From assembly GCA_964016885.1 (NCBI GenBank), contig OZ024741.1, positions 315,766,001 to 315,830,000 of the forward strand: a DNA stretch of 64,000 nt, read 5' to 3'. Made by a program: the position numbers and the translations under genes. This document shows positions 26,668-41,997 of this stretch, piece after piece. The notes under the pieces are model-generated. The model saw only the letters and a program-made list of their open reading frames with translations. It ran no database searches and was not told the DNA's origin. The stretch is from Eledone cirrhosa. Taxonomy: Eukaryota. Each line of letters begins with the position of its first letter. Position 1 is the first letter of the stretch.

Positions 26668-26887
26668 TACAATATATACCAGTTTTATAAAAAATATTGA
26701 CATACCCTTTCAAAATGTAACCGTTACTTTAGGAAGACATCGGGATAGTGGATTTGATAACTTATATTAGTAAGAACGACTTACTAATATAAGTAAACAA
26801 ATCCACTATCCCGATGTCTTCCAAAAGTAACGGTTACATTTTGAAAGGGTATGTCAATATTTATTTATAAAACTGCTATATATTGTA

Positions 26888-26948
26888 TTTTGTCTGATGA
26901 AAGCATACCATAATTTAACATGGTATCCTTGAAATATATATAATAAAA
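26888..26948 (+). ncRNA. Minimal hammerhead ribozyme, family B
   Basis: Same fold as 26607-26667; stem III AUAUAUAU palindromic. Confidence 0.8.
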
Positions 26949-27091
26949 TAGATATGGTTTTATAAATATAGTTTCCATTTGTTAATATCGTATATATACT
27001 CCAAATACTTGTCGAGTGCTTTATATCAGTTATAAAAATATTTGCTTGTTGTATCCCAACAATTTAAATAGAACTTTTGCATATATATATA

Positions 27092-27159
<68 letters not shown>

Positions 27160-27325
27160 ATAATTAGAATTGGTGCTCTGAAATAGCGATGTATACATGA
27201 ATGTATATATAGTATATTTGGCAATATACTGTATGCTAAATTAAAAACATTTTGAAGACCTTGCGCTTTGGTTTTAAAGTAGTGACTATGTCACTTACTT
27301 CTTTTTTCAACAAACAAAGGGAGAT

Positions 27326-27371
27326 AAGCTGACAGATCTCTGTTTTATACTGTTGGTAATCATCAGAGCTT
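27326..27371 (-). ncRNA. Hammerhead ribozyme, family F, with a G12A core mutation (probably inactive)
   Basis: AAGCU-CUGAUGA-u UAC caaca GUA u-AAAA-CAGA ga UCUG-UC^-AGCUU; surrounding sequence related to 5740-6060 (+). Confidence 0.65.
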
Positions 27372-27559
27372 AGCACTCGCCTTTGTCTGTTGAAAATTAT
27401 AAATGTTTGATTCTTATAGAATTCCAGTAATAATCAGGTACTGATTATACAGAGCGATTGCCGGTCCAGCAAAAATTGAAAATTAGAATTGGTGCATTAT
27501 AAGGACTATATTCACGCTTAATTTTTTTTTTTTATACTACCTTATTAGTCCTTGTTAAA

Positions 27560-27900
27560 TCCATTATCGTTTCAGCAATTTCTCAGCCTCATCATCTGGA
27601 TGGAGTGTTGATAATGGCACATTGCTGCCACATATTTATCGTAGGTAACAAAGGATCCTAACAAGTTTAGTAACAATCTTTTTTTCAGATGTGATGTATC
27701 TTTGATGTGTTGACTTTTGCTGTTTTGTGACAGTTAAGTGTACGATGGTATCAACAGAGCTTATACATCGTCCAGGTCCCAGAGAGCCCAAAATCAGCCC
27801 ATGAACATGCGATTCTAATTCGCTACTAAAACTATTCAATTTTGAAAGCATCCTTTCTCTCCACCGAATCTGAAAGCAGTCAAGCCTGACAAGCGAAATT
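27560..27900 (-). mobile_element. Probable RTE-like LINE fragment
   Basis: Minus frame RIRIACSWADF resembles the RTE post-RT motif; heavily decayed. Confidence 0.35.
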
Positions 27901-27924
27901 TCTCTAAAAGGCTCTGGTTATCAT

Positions 27925-28290
27925 AATTGTTTCTATTTTTGGCACAAGGCCAGAAAATACCCCAGTGCATTACTTGTACTTTATTTTATCGACCCCTTAA
28001 GGATGAAAGGCAAAGTTAACCTCGGCGGGATTTGAACCCAGTCCGTAAAGTGACGTAACTCTATGCTGCAAGGCATGGCGTTCGACACTCTATCATAATT
28101 GTTTCTACTTTGGGGAGAGGAAAGTCTATTAAATCGACCCCAGTGCATTACTGGTGCTTTATTTTATCGAACCCGTAAGGATGAAAGGCAAAGCTAACGT
28201 CGACGGGATTTGAACTCGGATCATAAAGGAGCGTAACTCTATTCTGCAAAGCATGTTGTCCGACCCTCAACCGATACTGCCAATCCACCG
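27925..28290 (-). mobile_element. Two tandem copies of the main SINE
   Basis: Same central domain and boxes as 17440-17625. Confidence 0.85.
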
Positions 28291-28478
28291 CCCTCCGACC
28301 CTCTATCACAATGAAAGGTAAAATCGGTTTATATGAGATGTAGAATCTCAACAGTGAACCCGTGATTCTATCTCTTCCCTATACTCATTCTGCATCTCCT
28401 CATGCATTGACTACCTCCTATATCAGTGATCTTCACGATCCTTACACTGTACACACACACACACACTCTCTCTCTCAC

Positions 28479-28539
<61 letters not shown>

Positions 28540-28629
28540 CTCTCTCTTTCTATATTTGTCTATATATATATATATAATAATAATTATAAAATGTGGAGAA
28601 GGAGCACACGAGTTGTAATATATATATAA

Positions 28630-30105
28630 GCAAATAAGGAGAAAGAGACGATTATGGGGAAGAAAAGTTTTTTTTTCCGTTTTATTTTTTTCTCTTTTTT
28701 CTGGGTTAGAAAATGTTTAAAACAAAATATTTTACTTTGTGTGAAGTGTTAAGGTATTAGTTAATTTATTTATTAATTAACAATGGCATTTATTTATTTA
28801 TTTATATATTTAATAATTGTCTATTACCGGTTTCAGCATTGTATGCATTATAAAGGGGGGAATTCGTATTGGTGTAAAATGTTGGTGATGTTGAACATGT
28901 TAAGGAAATGGGGAAGAAAGAACAATATTATTTACAAACAAGGTTTTTGAAGTGAAAAGAAAAAAGAAAAAAAAGGGGAAAAGAACATGATAAGGTAATG
29001 GGAAAGAAAAAATAATATTATTTACAGGCATAGTTCTTGAGGATAAGCACTTCAAAATGTGTTATTATGCCAAGAGCGCTTAGTTGATCCATGATGGAGG
29101 CAAATGGTAGTCTGGGGTTTGATATGATTTCCCTTTTTAGAGAGTTAATATGCAGGGAGAGGTAATTCAGGGTGATCAGGTAGGGAAAAAGAAAAGGAAT
29201 TAGGTAGGGTGTAAGGAGGTAACTCTTTAGAGAACATAGGAATTTGGTTTTGATTCATTGTTCGTTCCAGTTTTAGTTTAGTCCGAAGTTTAGTCCATTA
29301 GTAGAGATTTGTTAATGAAGTACGTGTCCTTATTGGTACGATGGATGAAAGAAGCGTTGTCTATGAATTTGTAAATGGGGAAAATTTTAAAGTTTGGATG
29401 TTGGTTAGGTGTACAATTGGCGATATGTTCACTAAAAGCAATCTTTCAGTATTCCTTTATTTTGAATTGTGATCTATGGACGGTCATACGTTGTCGGAGG
29501 CTGTTTCTTTTGTCTGTCCTATATAGTGCTCTTGACAGCCTGAGCAGGTCAAAACATAGATTAGGTTTTCAGATGCACATGTAAAGTTGTGTTTAACTGT
29601 GAAATGTTGTCCTTGCTTAAAATGGAATGTTGAACCTTCTATTAGATTCATGAATATACCACAGTTGGGCCTTCCGCATTTTTTTTACTGTAGGGTTCAT
29701 TGTGAGAGTTGGTTGGATTTTGGCTTGTGTGAGGATGTTTTTTTATGGATTTAGGTTGTCTTTTGCTCTTTATGATGTTGTGTGTTTAGAGGATTTTGTT
29801 CATTCTTGGGTCTCTTTTTAGTAAAGGAATGTTCTGGAGGATGGTGCCGAATGCCTCATTGTTGAGGGGGTTGTGTGTGGAGATGTATGGTAGAGTTTTC
29901 TGTTGCGGTTCATTCCTGGATTTGGAGGTGTCTGAGTTCCTGCCATTGTTAATTAATAAATAAATTAACTAATACCTTAACACTACACACAAAGTAAAAT
30001 ATTTTGTTTTAAACACATTTTCTAACCCAGTAAAAAGAGAGAAAAATGAAAGGACAAAAATATATTTTTCTTCCTAATAATCGTCTTTTTCTCCCTATTT
30101 TCATA
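28630..30105 (-). mobile_element. 5'-truncated Penelope-like retroelement with inverted pLTR
   Basis: GIY-YIG remnant inside; 28635-28788 is the reverse complement of 29941-30100; decayed hammerhead (u GCA..UGC u GAAACCGGUA) at about 28822-28855. Confidence 0.85.
29290..29900 (-). pseudogene. Penelope-like (Neptune-type) GIY-YIG endonuclease region
   Basis: Manual translation across frameshifts: LPYISTHNP..KSKRQPKS..KCGRPNCG..FTCASENLIYVLTCSGCQEHYIGQT..LRQRMTVHRSQ..FSEHI..FKIFPI. Confidence 0.88.
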
Positions 30106-30233
30106 TATATATATATATATAGTAATAATAATAAATGTGAAGACTAAAATACGAAGAAGGCTCGATAAGGATAATATTTATATAAATATATATAGAAACC
30201 GCAGAGAGTCTTTGCTTAAACTTTAATCTGTTA

Positions 30234-30299
<66 letters not shown>

Positions 30300-30637
30300 C
30301 CAAGTTGTTATAGCTCCGTAAAAGGTTTGTGATATACAATCTGTTTTATCCAACTAATCGAAATATAGAGAACGTCATTATTAATTATACTCCATATCGT
30401 TATTATAATCCAATATTTAATAATATGATATGATATAAAATAATGTAAAATAATATGATATAATATAATATTATATTATATTATATTATATTAGTGTACG
30501 TGCAGGCATACGGTATTTTTAAATGTTAATTCTTATACTATTCTTAACCTTTGATTTATCTCATTTTCCTAATATTTAATGCAATATATAATTCCATTAT
30601 CTTAAAAACAAGCCCATTATATGTTTACACACACACA

Positions 30638-30731
<94 letters not shown>

Positions 30732-30736
30732 GCACA

Positions 30737-30817
<81 letters not shown>

Positions 30818-31676
30818 AAAGACACATATACATACATGTGTATATTCATACATATATGTACACATATACATACATTATATATAAATATGTGTGTGTATGT
30901 ATATTATTATCTACATTATTGAGCGGGATTTTGAAATATTTAGTTTTAACTCGATGTCTTTTATTTAAAAAAAATGTAAATAGAAATAGAGATCTCAAAT
31001 TCAAACGCAATGCATTATTATAACATAACATCAAAGACGTTAATATTAATTTAATGTGACAGTTTTGAACCTACATGATTTATAAATAAATTTAATAATC
31101 CCATCTGATATTGATCACATTACTCTCCTTACTGCCTATAATGCATTAATCGAATTCGGAATTTTGCAACCAGAAGCCAAAAGCATATCAAAGTCATGTA
31201 GCCTATCGGTTATGGTGTTGTATTTACGAACATTAGGTTGTCGGTTCGATTCCTGAGCCGGGCGACGCATAGCCGTCCCGAGAAAGAAACTTCATTCCAC
31301 GTTGTTGTTATGTTGGAACTGGGGTCCCATATAATTGAAACATCCGAGTAACTTCATATGAGATAGAACCTAATAAAAGGCCAGTTAAATGGGACACTTA
31401 ACAACATCTAACAACAACATTAGTGCCCCGGTCGTTAAAACACCCGAGAGAGAGCTCTCATCAAATACCATCTCATAATAGGCCAGCTAATCCTACATAG
31501 GTGTGAGCAATCCTCCGAAAGCATATCATACACCCGGCTCTGCATATAATATTGAAGCATCCTATAGTTAAACTCTCACACACGCAAAACATTCAATTTT
31601 ATAACATTACGTATCATTTCGAAAATATAAACACACTGTAATATAATTATGAAGTTGTATTGGCCTAGCTAGATAC

Positions 31677-32030
31677 TTGGTCTGAGATCTTGTGTTGAAA
31701 CTAAAATTGTTAATCGTGGAAGAGTCATTTGAGCTATAGTCATATTTTTCTGGCAAGTATTTGATCAGAAACCATGTATTGAAACTAAAACAATTACATC
31801 GTGGAAGATTCATTTTAACCACAGTTGTATATGTTTGGTAACTGACTTGATCTGAGACTGTGTTCAAGATAAAGCAAATACATCAAGATAGAATCATTTT
31901 AGCTACAGTTGTACTTATCAGGCCAGAGAATTGATTTTAGCCACAGTTGAACTTGTCTGCTAAGTAACGTGATCTAGGACCATGTGTAGAAACTAAACCT
32001 ATTACATTGTGGACGAGTCCTTTTAGCCAT
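31677..32030. repeat. Degenerate tandem repeat, about 85-bp unit, about 4 copies
   Basis: Recurring TTGATC.GA.AC..TGTGTTGAAACTAAAA..ATTACATCGTGGAAGA.TCATTTTAGC.ACAGTTG. Confidence 0.7.
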
Positions 32031-33206
32031 TTACCTCTCACTAAGAAATCTTTTTATAAAAACAGATAAATGATAAATTGACAGTATTTGTGTATTTTTG
32101 AATGACTAAAAACCTTTTCTAACTGTAATTGCTTAGGATAAATAATTCCCATGTTACCACGCAGTACAATTACTTCTCAGATAATTGCGTAGAATAATTA
32201 CTTCGACTAAATGTCTAGGTCAGGTTTTGAACCCATTACTCAATATTTAATTTAAATTCAAGTTCCAAGTACATAGTTCTAAATTTCACTATGAACATAC
32301 TACACCCATTCATACAACAAATGATGGTGTCAGTTTTAAAAACCAGTGGTTTTATAACCAATTAATCGACTCTTAGGTGGTTTCGGAGGAAATCAAAGCG
32401 TGTACTAAAATATTTTGGGAGTTCGTGAAAAAAAAGAAAGCTATTCTCCTGGAGTTAAAATGTGATAGTTATTTGTGATATTCTAAAGCTTAAACTCTAA
32501 TATGATATTCTTTTATTAATAACATATTGCATCATTTAATTCTGTTATCAATCTATTTCTATCGGTAACATTAGGGGTTAGTGTCGTAAAAAAAGGTTGG
32601 AGACTACTGTGTCAAATGATTTAAAAATGAAACGATAAGAGCCTATCGGTGTTACATGTTTCATTGTAAATAAACAACTGGCTGACCTCTGTACGTACTA
32701 AATCATTCAGACAATCGATACTTATCCAACGGCTTTCTGTAAAACCTAAAGACGCCTGAACCAATTATTTTCAAATATTAGCATTATTTCACAAAATTTA
32801 TAGATTTGCAATGAATGTATCTGTGTGAATATAGACTTCCATAGAGTTTCATTAATTCTTATTATATATATATATATATATAATTGTTAAAAAAATACAT
32901 ATATATATATATATATATATATAAATATGTGAGTGCATATGTGTGTATGCATAGGTATGTGTAATACATACGTGAAAGAGAGAGAAAGAGAGAGAGAGGG
33001 AGGTGGTCTGACGTTCACAGCATGTCTGGCAACAACATTTATAGAATGCTACTTCGATTAAAGATTTCTCAATTCACAAAAGTACAGAAGAAAATGGAGT
33101 CCGACCGTATGAAGCGAATGGACAAAAGAAGAACAACAGAGCGTACGAAAGACTATACAATCCCACACACACACGTATATACATATATATATACATATAC
33201 AACATA

Positions 33207-33241
<35 letters not shown>

Positions 33242-33287
33242 CAAACACACACACAGACATAAATACATCGGCATACATATTTATTCA

Positions 33288-33392
<105 letters not shown>

Positions 33393-34205
33393 TGTATATA
33401 TATATATATACAAGTAAATACGTATTGAGAGAAAGAAAAAAAGAGAGAGAGAGAGAGAGAGAGAGGGGGGGAGAGAGAGAGAGGGTGAGATAGAGAGAGA
33501 GTGAGAGTGAGACAAATGTTAGTGGATGTGTATATAATAGGAAATTTATTCAAATATTTGTTCACAAAGAATTGCGTATCCACAGACACACTAATGCGTA
33601 TATACTCGATATATATATAAGTGTGTGTGTGTGTTTATTTTTGTATTTACGTTAATATACATATGCAGAAACATATATACGCATTTTTCACCTCCTCAAC
33701 ACACAACCATATATACAAACTCAAGCACTCACAAATACAAACACACACACGCACACTTACAAACACACACATACACACACTTACAAACACACACATACAC
33801 ACATACAAACATAGACAGCAGTGAATGCCAAAGAATCTATATATCGTATATTGTCATTGTTCCGTGTTGGAAACACTTAAATATTCTCTCCCGATTCTTA
33901 ACTATTTTTCTTACTTTGTTTTCCTTTCAATTGTCTGTTTACCAGTTCTGAAGCTTTCACTTTGACGTTTTCAGGTCGTCCATATTGTTCAGTGTTTATT
34001 TTTTTATCATTATTATTATTAATATCATTATTATTTTCTTTTTTTTTTGTATTTTATTATTTCCTTTTTTTCTTTATTCTTTTAATTTTTTGTAATGATG
34101 ATGTTGCTGTTAGTATATTTGTTGAAATATATTTTCTTTGTACAATATATAACATTCTCATAGAACACACACACATACACACAAAAAACACACACAATTA
34201 TACAT

Positions 34206-34254
<49 letters not shown>

Positions 34255-34255
<1 letters not shown>

Positions 34256-34668
34256 TAGGGCGGGTAAAATTCCCGAGATCCATGGACGAGTTCTCTCCAG
34301 CGGTCTCTGTCCCTCATTATCGCTGCGTCTCCAACAGATCAGTGTCTGTCCTTAGGGCCTCAAAATACGTTAACCTTGGTCTTTCTCTTCCAGTGTGTTC
34401 ATGTAGGGCTCCCACAGGAGCACTGAGTGCAATGTCAACTCTGGATATCGGTGAGCATGTCCAGCTAACCTCAGTCTCCTCTGTGTCACTTTCGAGCTGA
34501 CTTTTGGGAGGCTCCCATACAGCTCTGAGTTTTTCATCCTCAGTGTATACTGATTAATGTTCAGAGCCATCCTCAGCATTCTCGTGTAGCACCCATCCAC
34601 CATGTGAGTGAGTTTCTTGGTCAGTGTCCAAGTCTCAGACCCGTGCAGCAGCACAGACTCCACTACAG
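34255..34668 (-). mobile_element. RTE-clade LINE 3' fragment in TA microsatellite
   Basis: ESVLLHGSETWTLTK..DGCYTRMLRMALN..RRLRLAGH..LLWEP. Confidence 0.85.
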
Positions 34669-34855
34669 CATATATATATGTATTTATGTGTGGGCAGATA
34701 TATGTTTAAATATACCAATAAAAACTGTATATACTTATATATAGGTGTGTGTGTGTGTGAGGGGATGTTTAAAAGGTAAACAGAAATAACAAAACAAACG
34801 ACACAGTACTTAGAAGAAATATATTAGTTTAACGCTTGAAATAGCAGGAAGATAG

Positions 34856-34895
34856 TATTTACGTTTCGGACACTTTTCGGACCTTCATCAGAATA
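34856..34895 (-). ncRNA. Minimal hammerhead ribozyme, family A
   Basis: UAUU-CUGAUGA-a GG loop CC-GAAA-CG-UA^-AAUA; palindromic stem III ACGU. Confidence 0.65.
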
Positions 34896-35044
34896 TAGAG
34901 TTAGAAATAGAAGATAAATAGAAAGTAAAGAGTGATAAGAGCAAGGTACGGAGAAAAATCAGAAAAGAAATTGGGAGAAAAATACACACGTGACTATTCA
35001 GTCGGGCACCTTGAAGAGTGGCTGGCCAAGTAATATCTTCGGCG

Positions 35045-35092
<48 letters not shown>

Positions 35093-35699
35093 GTGTTTAT
35101 ATATCGACAGTCGATCGACTTTGGTCAAATCTACCGAGAAAACAATGTTTCCATTGGTCTTTCCAATTGCTAATACTATCTATAGGTCGCAACTCCAGGT
35201 AGAAGGAGCAACGTGAAATAAAGTATATTGCTCAAGGACATAACGCATTGCCCTGCCCGGGAATCAGACTCCCAACCTTACGATTGCGAATCCAATTCTC
35301 TAACCACTCAGCCACCCACCTTCACAATATATATACACATATTAAAATGAAGAGAACTAAGATTGTCAAATTAAATCCATTTTTTAAAATATCTACGATT
35401 GTTTCTATACAGGTGATAATCGTACATGCATATGTAAACAACAAGTCAATCAGAATCAGTTAATTAACAATTATTTACATAGAACACAATATATAAACAC
35501 CTGCATATCATCAGGAATTATCAAAAGGAATTGATTTAACCAGATAAGTATATGAAGAATATAAGCAGTATCAAATGTTGAACATAGGCAAGCACTTGCA
35601 TAGTGCAAGAGAAGCTGTGTAGAAGTATAAAGTGGTAACAGAAGTGGGGTTTTTTCAGGCAGTGGTAAAAAGCAGTACATCTTATTATTAGAGCGTGAG

Positions 35700-38198
35700 A
35701 TACCATGCTTTGCAGCATAGAGTTACGGCCCTTTATGATCTGAGTTCAAATCCTGCCGAGGTTAACTTTGCCTTTCATCCTTACGGAGTCGGTAAAATAA
35801 AGTACCAGTCATGCACTGAGGTCGATTTAATCGACATTCCCCTCCACTAAAAGTGTTGGCCTTTTGCCTAAATCAGAAACCATTATAATTATTATTTTAC
35901 CATGATTCAATAACTTTACAGCATTGAGTTACGGCCCTTTATTATCAGAGTGCAAATTCCGCCGAGGTTAGCTATGCTTTTCATCCTTACTGGGTCCAAT
36001 AAAATAATGTACCAGTTACGCACTGGGGTCGATTTAATCGACTACCCCTACTAAAAAGAAAAAAAAAACTGCTGGCCTTGTGTCTATAGTACAAATCATT
36101 GTTATCATTATCATTAGGCACCCGGAATGTTGCCAGGCACTCACTGCACTCTACCAAGCCGGCAATGCGATCAGTGGAACTTCCACTCTCGAGTTATATA
36201 GAGGATTAGTGGTAGGCAAGTGCGATGACGCACTCGGAGAAGATTGGGCCTCAACGAAGTCCGACTGACCAGTCTGTTCCGGAGGACTTTCGAGCCGGGG
36301 ACGATGGACAATTTCCAGAAATCCCTCGCTTGGCAGTGCTACCGGGGGGTACTGCCGGTTCGAGATGAACTCTACAGGCACGGAAGTGCGGTCAGACGGA
36401 CCTGCCCGAGATGCGCACAGAGCGACGAAACCGTCTTGCAAGCACTTGTCCAATGTCCGTGCATTACTGACTTGTGAAGTTATGTTGAACAGCTGTTGTC
36501 GCGTGTAGAACTGATCCGGCTATCGGCCGAGTCCATAGTGAAGATTGGCCCGCCGCCTTCCTTTGGCCAGGAAGAGCAGGCAATTTTGCTGTCTTGTGGC
36601 AGTTGCGAAAGAGGTTATATGGTGGACCAGATTGAAAGGACTGAAGACAGACACTTTTCTCTTCGGCCAATCCCTCATCAACTTCTTCACGTTTCATCTG
36701 GAAAGGAAGGTGAGGGTGGAGAGAGAAGCGCTGCCTCCCAGTACATTTGCTAAAAGGTGGATGAATGTGGCGAGAAAGGCCCGTGTGAAGGGGGCTACTC
36801 TGACCATGCGCCTAAAGGCTAGCTAATTTGAGGAGGAGAGGGGTGTTCTCCCTGGGTGCACTAGAAGCGCAGGGTGGTTCAGGATTGGTGGGGTACCTGA
36901 GTCACCCCTGAGTCAGCTACCCCCCTATAGGGGAATTTATTTTGTTATATTTATGCATAGTTTATTTTGTATTTTTTACATCTTCATTGATAAATTAGTC
37001 TCGCCATTGTGCACTTTTACTCGACCTTATTGTAAACGCCCACTGTCCCTGTCTTTGTATTGTACCCTACATGTCGGCCCTTGTGGCCAATAAATGAAAT
37101 CATTATTATTATTTTGACTTTGCCTTTCATCCTTACGGGGTCGATAAAATAAAGTACCAGTAATGCACTGGTTAATTGCTGGCCTTGTGCCTAAAGTAGA
37201 AACAATTATTATGATTTCGTGTGAATTGGCAGTATCGGTAGAGCGTCAGACAGCATGCTTCGCAGCATTAAGTTACGGTTCTTTACGTTATGAGTTCAAA
37301 TCCCTCCGAGGTTAGCTTTGCCTTTCATCCTTACGGGGTCGATAGATAAAGCACCAGTAATGCACAGGGATCGATCTAATCGATTTTCCCTTCCTCCCAA
37401 ATTGCTGGCTTTGTGCCTAAAGTAGAAATAATTATTATGATTGCGTGTGATTGTTAGAGGAATGTTCATTGGTGGTAGTTAAATAAGAGATAGAAAGCAA
37501 ATAAAGCAAAATAGTCGAGAGGCCACAATAGTAATTAGTTTTCGCATTAATAGATGTGTAATAGGTAAGAATATATTTATTATCATTATTCAGGTTCCTG
37601 GCTCCGATATAAAGGGAAATTGGTTGATAAAATCAGGCTTTAGTGGACAGGTAGATGGGTTTCTACAGTTACAGTTTTGGTTAGATATTAGGTTACCATT
37701 AGAACGTAACGATGGATCGAAGTGTGGTAGTTACTGCTGCTGGGACGACGTCTTGCTTCTACATTACTTTGGTTATTATTTTCTTATTTTCATATTATTG
37801 TTAGACAGCATACAGTTACGGCCCTTTATGATCTGAGTTCAAATCCCGCCGAGGTTAACTTTACCTTTGATCCTGACGGGTTAGATAAATAAAGTACAAG
37901 TCACTCACACACTGGGGTCGATTTAATCGACTTTCCCCTTCCCTAAAATTGCTGGCTTGGCTTTGTGCCTATATAGGAAACCATTATTAAATGTTGTAAA
38001 GGCGGTGGATTGGCAGTAGGTAAGAGAGTCGGACACCTTGCTGTGCAGCATAGAGTTACGGCCCTTTATGATCTAAGTTCAAATCCTGCCGGGGTTAACT
38101 TTGCCTTCCATCCTTACGGGGTCGATAAAATAAAGTACCAGTCACGCACTGGTCGATTTAATTGCTGGCCTTGTGCCTATATAACAAACCATTATTAA
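35700..38198 (+). mobile_element. Cluster of about six same-orientation copies of the main SINE
   Basis: Copies at about 35700, 35920, 37113, 37227, 37805 and 38010 share the GCCTTTCATCCTTACGGGGTCGATA-type core. Confidence 0.85.
36116..37112 (+). mobile_element. Tx1 LINE 3' fragment (relative of 1-4975)
   Basis: MDNFQKSLAWQCYRG, CPRCAQSDETV, WWTRLKGLK; AATAAA plus (ATT)n tail. Confidence 0.9.
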
Positions 38199-38659
38199 GT
38201 GTTGTATAGTAACGGTGGGTTGGAGGGGAATGTTTTCATATATTAGAGGTTGTGTGTTTATTAAATGGTGGATTGACCCATGTAGTGAATTCCCTGCGAG
38301 TAGATTTAATGTTTCCCGGCAGTGTGTAACCTGGTCTAAGTCCAAGTTGGTTATCGTTAAAAGTGTTAAGCTTCAGCCACTATTACTTGTATGAACCTTT
38401 TATTTAGGATTTAAGTGAGTCCAATTCAGGGTTTCTACATTGTTGAGTTCATTACAGTAGGCGTTTCCTCTGTTGCTGTTATTACTACTTTCATGGCTTC
38501 TGTTCCCATAATTTGTGCCTTCTACATTGTTACTGTTGTGTGTTCTACAGTACCTCTATTATCCCTATATCGCTATAATTACTAGCTTTTGTCGTTGTCC
38601 TATCGAATAACAAACAATTGTATATATAACTAAGTGACTCTCCCGTTGAGGCTTCCTAG

Positions 38660-39945
38660 CAATAAAGCAAGCAATTTTCACCCATAGATTGTTCGTATAA
38701 TTGCTGTATAATTTCTTTGTGTGAATTTTTGGTTATCAATCAGGGAGTATTTCTTAAAGAGCTCCTTCCCAACTCTCATGATGTAATCTGTCTCATGTAG
38801 AGAGATTTGTTCTATAGGTAGGCTTCTATGCTTGGTGATTCGTACATGTTGACGAAGGGGTATGAGATGACACTCAAATGCTGTTTGGATTGATGTTAAG
38901 CCTCTTCCTCCCTGTTTACCTTTCAGGTAGATGCGATCTATGTCACTCGTGATGTGGGCATTTCCGGTGCCAGTTAGAAGTTTTCGGATTTTAACATCAA
39001 GTGTTCGGATCTCATCAAGCGTCCAGTTAAGTAGTCCAAATGTTGGTGTCTGCACAAGCACAACAAGCACATTGTTGGTTACTGATTTATTGTGCTCAGA
39101 GCGTTCAGAAGACTACATTCGGGTATTATATTCCTTGGTTATCCGTTCCGTGTAACAAATACCATCATAGGATATATTTTCATCTATCCCTAAGTATCTG
39201 TAGCTGTCTTTGTCAGATACGGGTGAAACAATCAGGCTATTGATAGAAACGTTGATAGATTGGCTTGGGGTTTTTCCTAGCTGTACAATCATATAGAAAC
39301 ATTTATCCTAGCTAAATTCTATTCCTGTATTTTTCGAGAACGTCGTAACCAGGTCAAGGTTTTTCTTCATATCATTTATTTTCTTGGTATAAAGTTTTAA
39401 ATCATCCATAAATAAGCTATGTGTTATATCTGTGTTTCTGACTTCCTGTAGACCAATTATATGTCCTTCATATTTCCTCAGCATAAAGTACATGGTATTT
39501 ACTGACAGCATAAATAGTACCACATGGAGGCTGTCTTCTTGAAATATTGCCCTGCAATATTCTATTTTATTAGTGATAATATAGTCCTCCTTCTCTATAT
39601 TTAACTTCAGGATAGTGGCCCAGGAAGAAGATAGGTTCTGATTGCTCCAATAAGGGATTCGGTGATTTTAGCATGTCAAAGGGCCTCTAGCATCCAATAG
39701 TGGGGAACAGAATCAAATGCTTTCCTGTTGTCCAAACTATAACAAAGTTCCCTTTATGTCGTCGCACCTCGGATATCGTTAATTAGGAGTTGCTCAACAT
39801 ACCCCAATCTCCTTTCTTCTCAGCTGCTTGCTCATCTATGATGATATTTTATCGTCAAAGTGATCCCGGGTGAATAGGTTCAGACAGGCTGTATACATGT
39901 CATACGTTAGGTTCTGGCATGCAATTAGTTCGGTAGTTTATTTGC
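38660..39945 (-). mobile_element. R4/Dong-like LINE RT fragment
   Basis: THSLFMDDLKLY, DIDRIYLKGKQGGRGL, KAFDSVPH, IFQEDSL. Confidence 0.8.
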
Positions 39946-40302
39946 CAAGTGAGTATCTTTGTTTTGAGGGAGCAATATTGTTTCGGTATGTATGTATGTA
40001 TGTATGTATGTTCCTACATACATACATACATACATACATACATACATACATACATACATACATACATACATACATACATACATACACACATACATAAAAC
40101 AATATATGATTGTGTGTATTCTGTATATTATATTTACATATATGTATTAAAATGTTACATGTTTTACTCAACACATATGCATACAAACGTGCCTACACGC
40201 ACACACGCACACACCTACACACACATTGTACAGTATATTATTGTAAATGTTTCTACTTCTATTTATTGTAATGTCTGTGCGTGGCATATTTTATGAATAA
40301 AG

Positions 40303-41819
<1,517 letters not shown>

Positions 41820-41908
41820 GTATATTCTTGTATATATATATATACATATATATATATATACAAGAATATACACATATATACATCAATATATATAAACATA
41901 TACACTTG

Positions 41909-41997
<89 letters not shown>

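Larger units (their letters stand above)
26567..27080. mobile_element. Family B fold-back element (about 210-bp arms centred near 26777, plus about 90-bp unpaired 3' tail)
   Basis: 26567-26774 mirrors 26780-26988; tail 26989-27080 matches 45677-45767; TA-microsatellite flanks. Confidence 0.9.
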
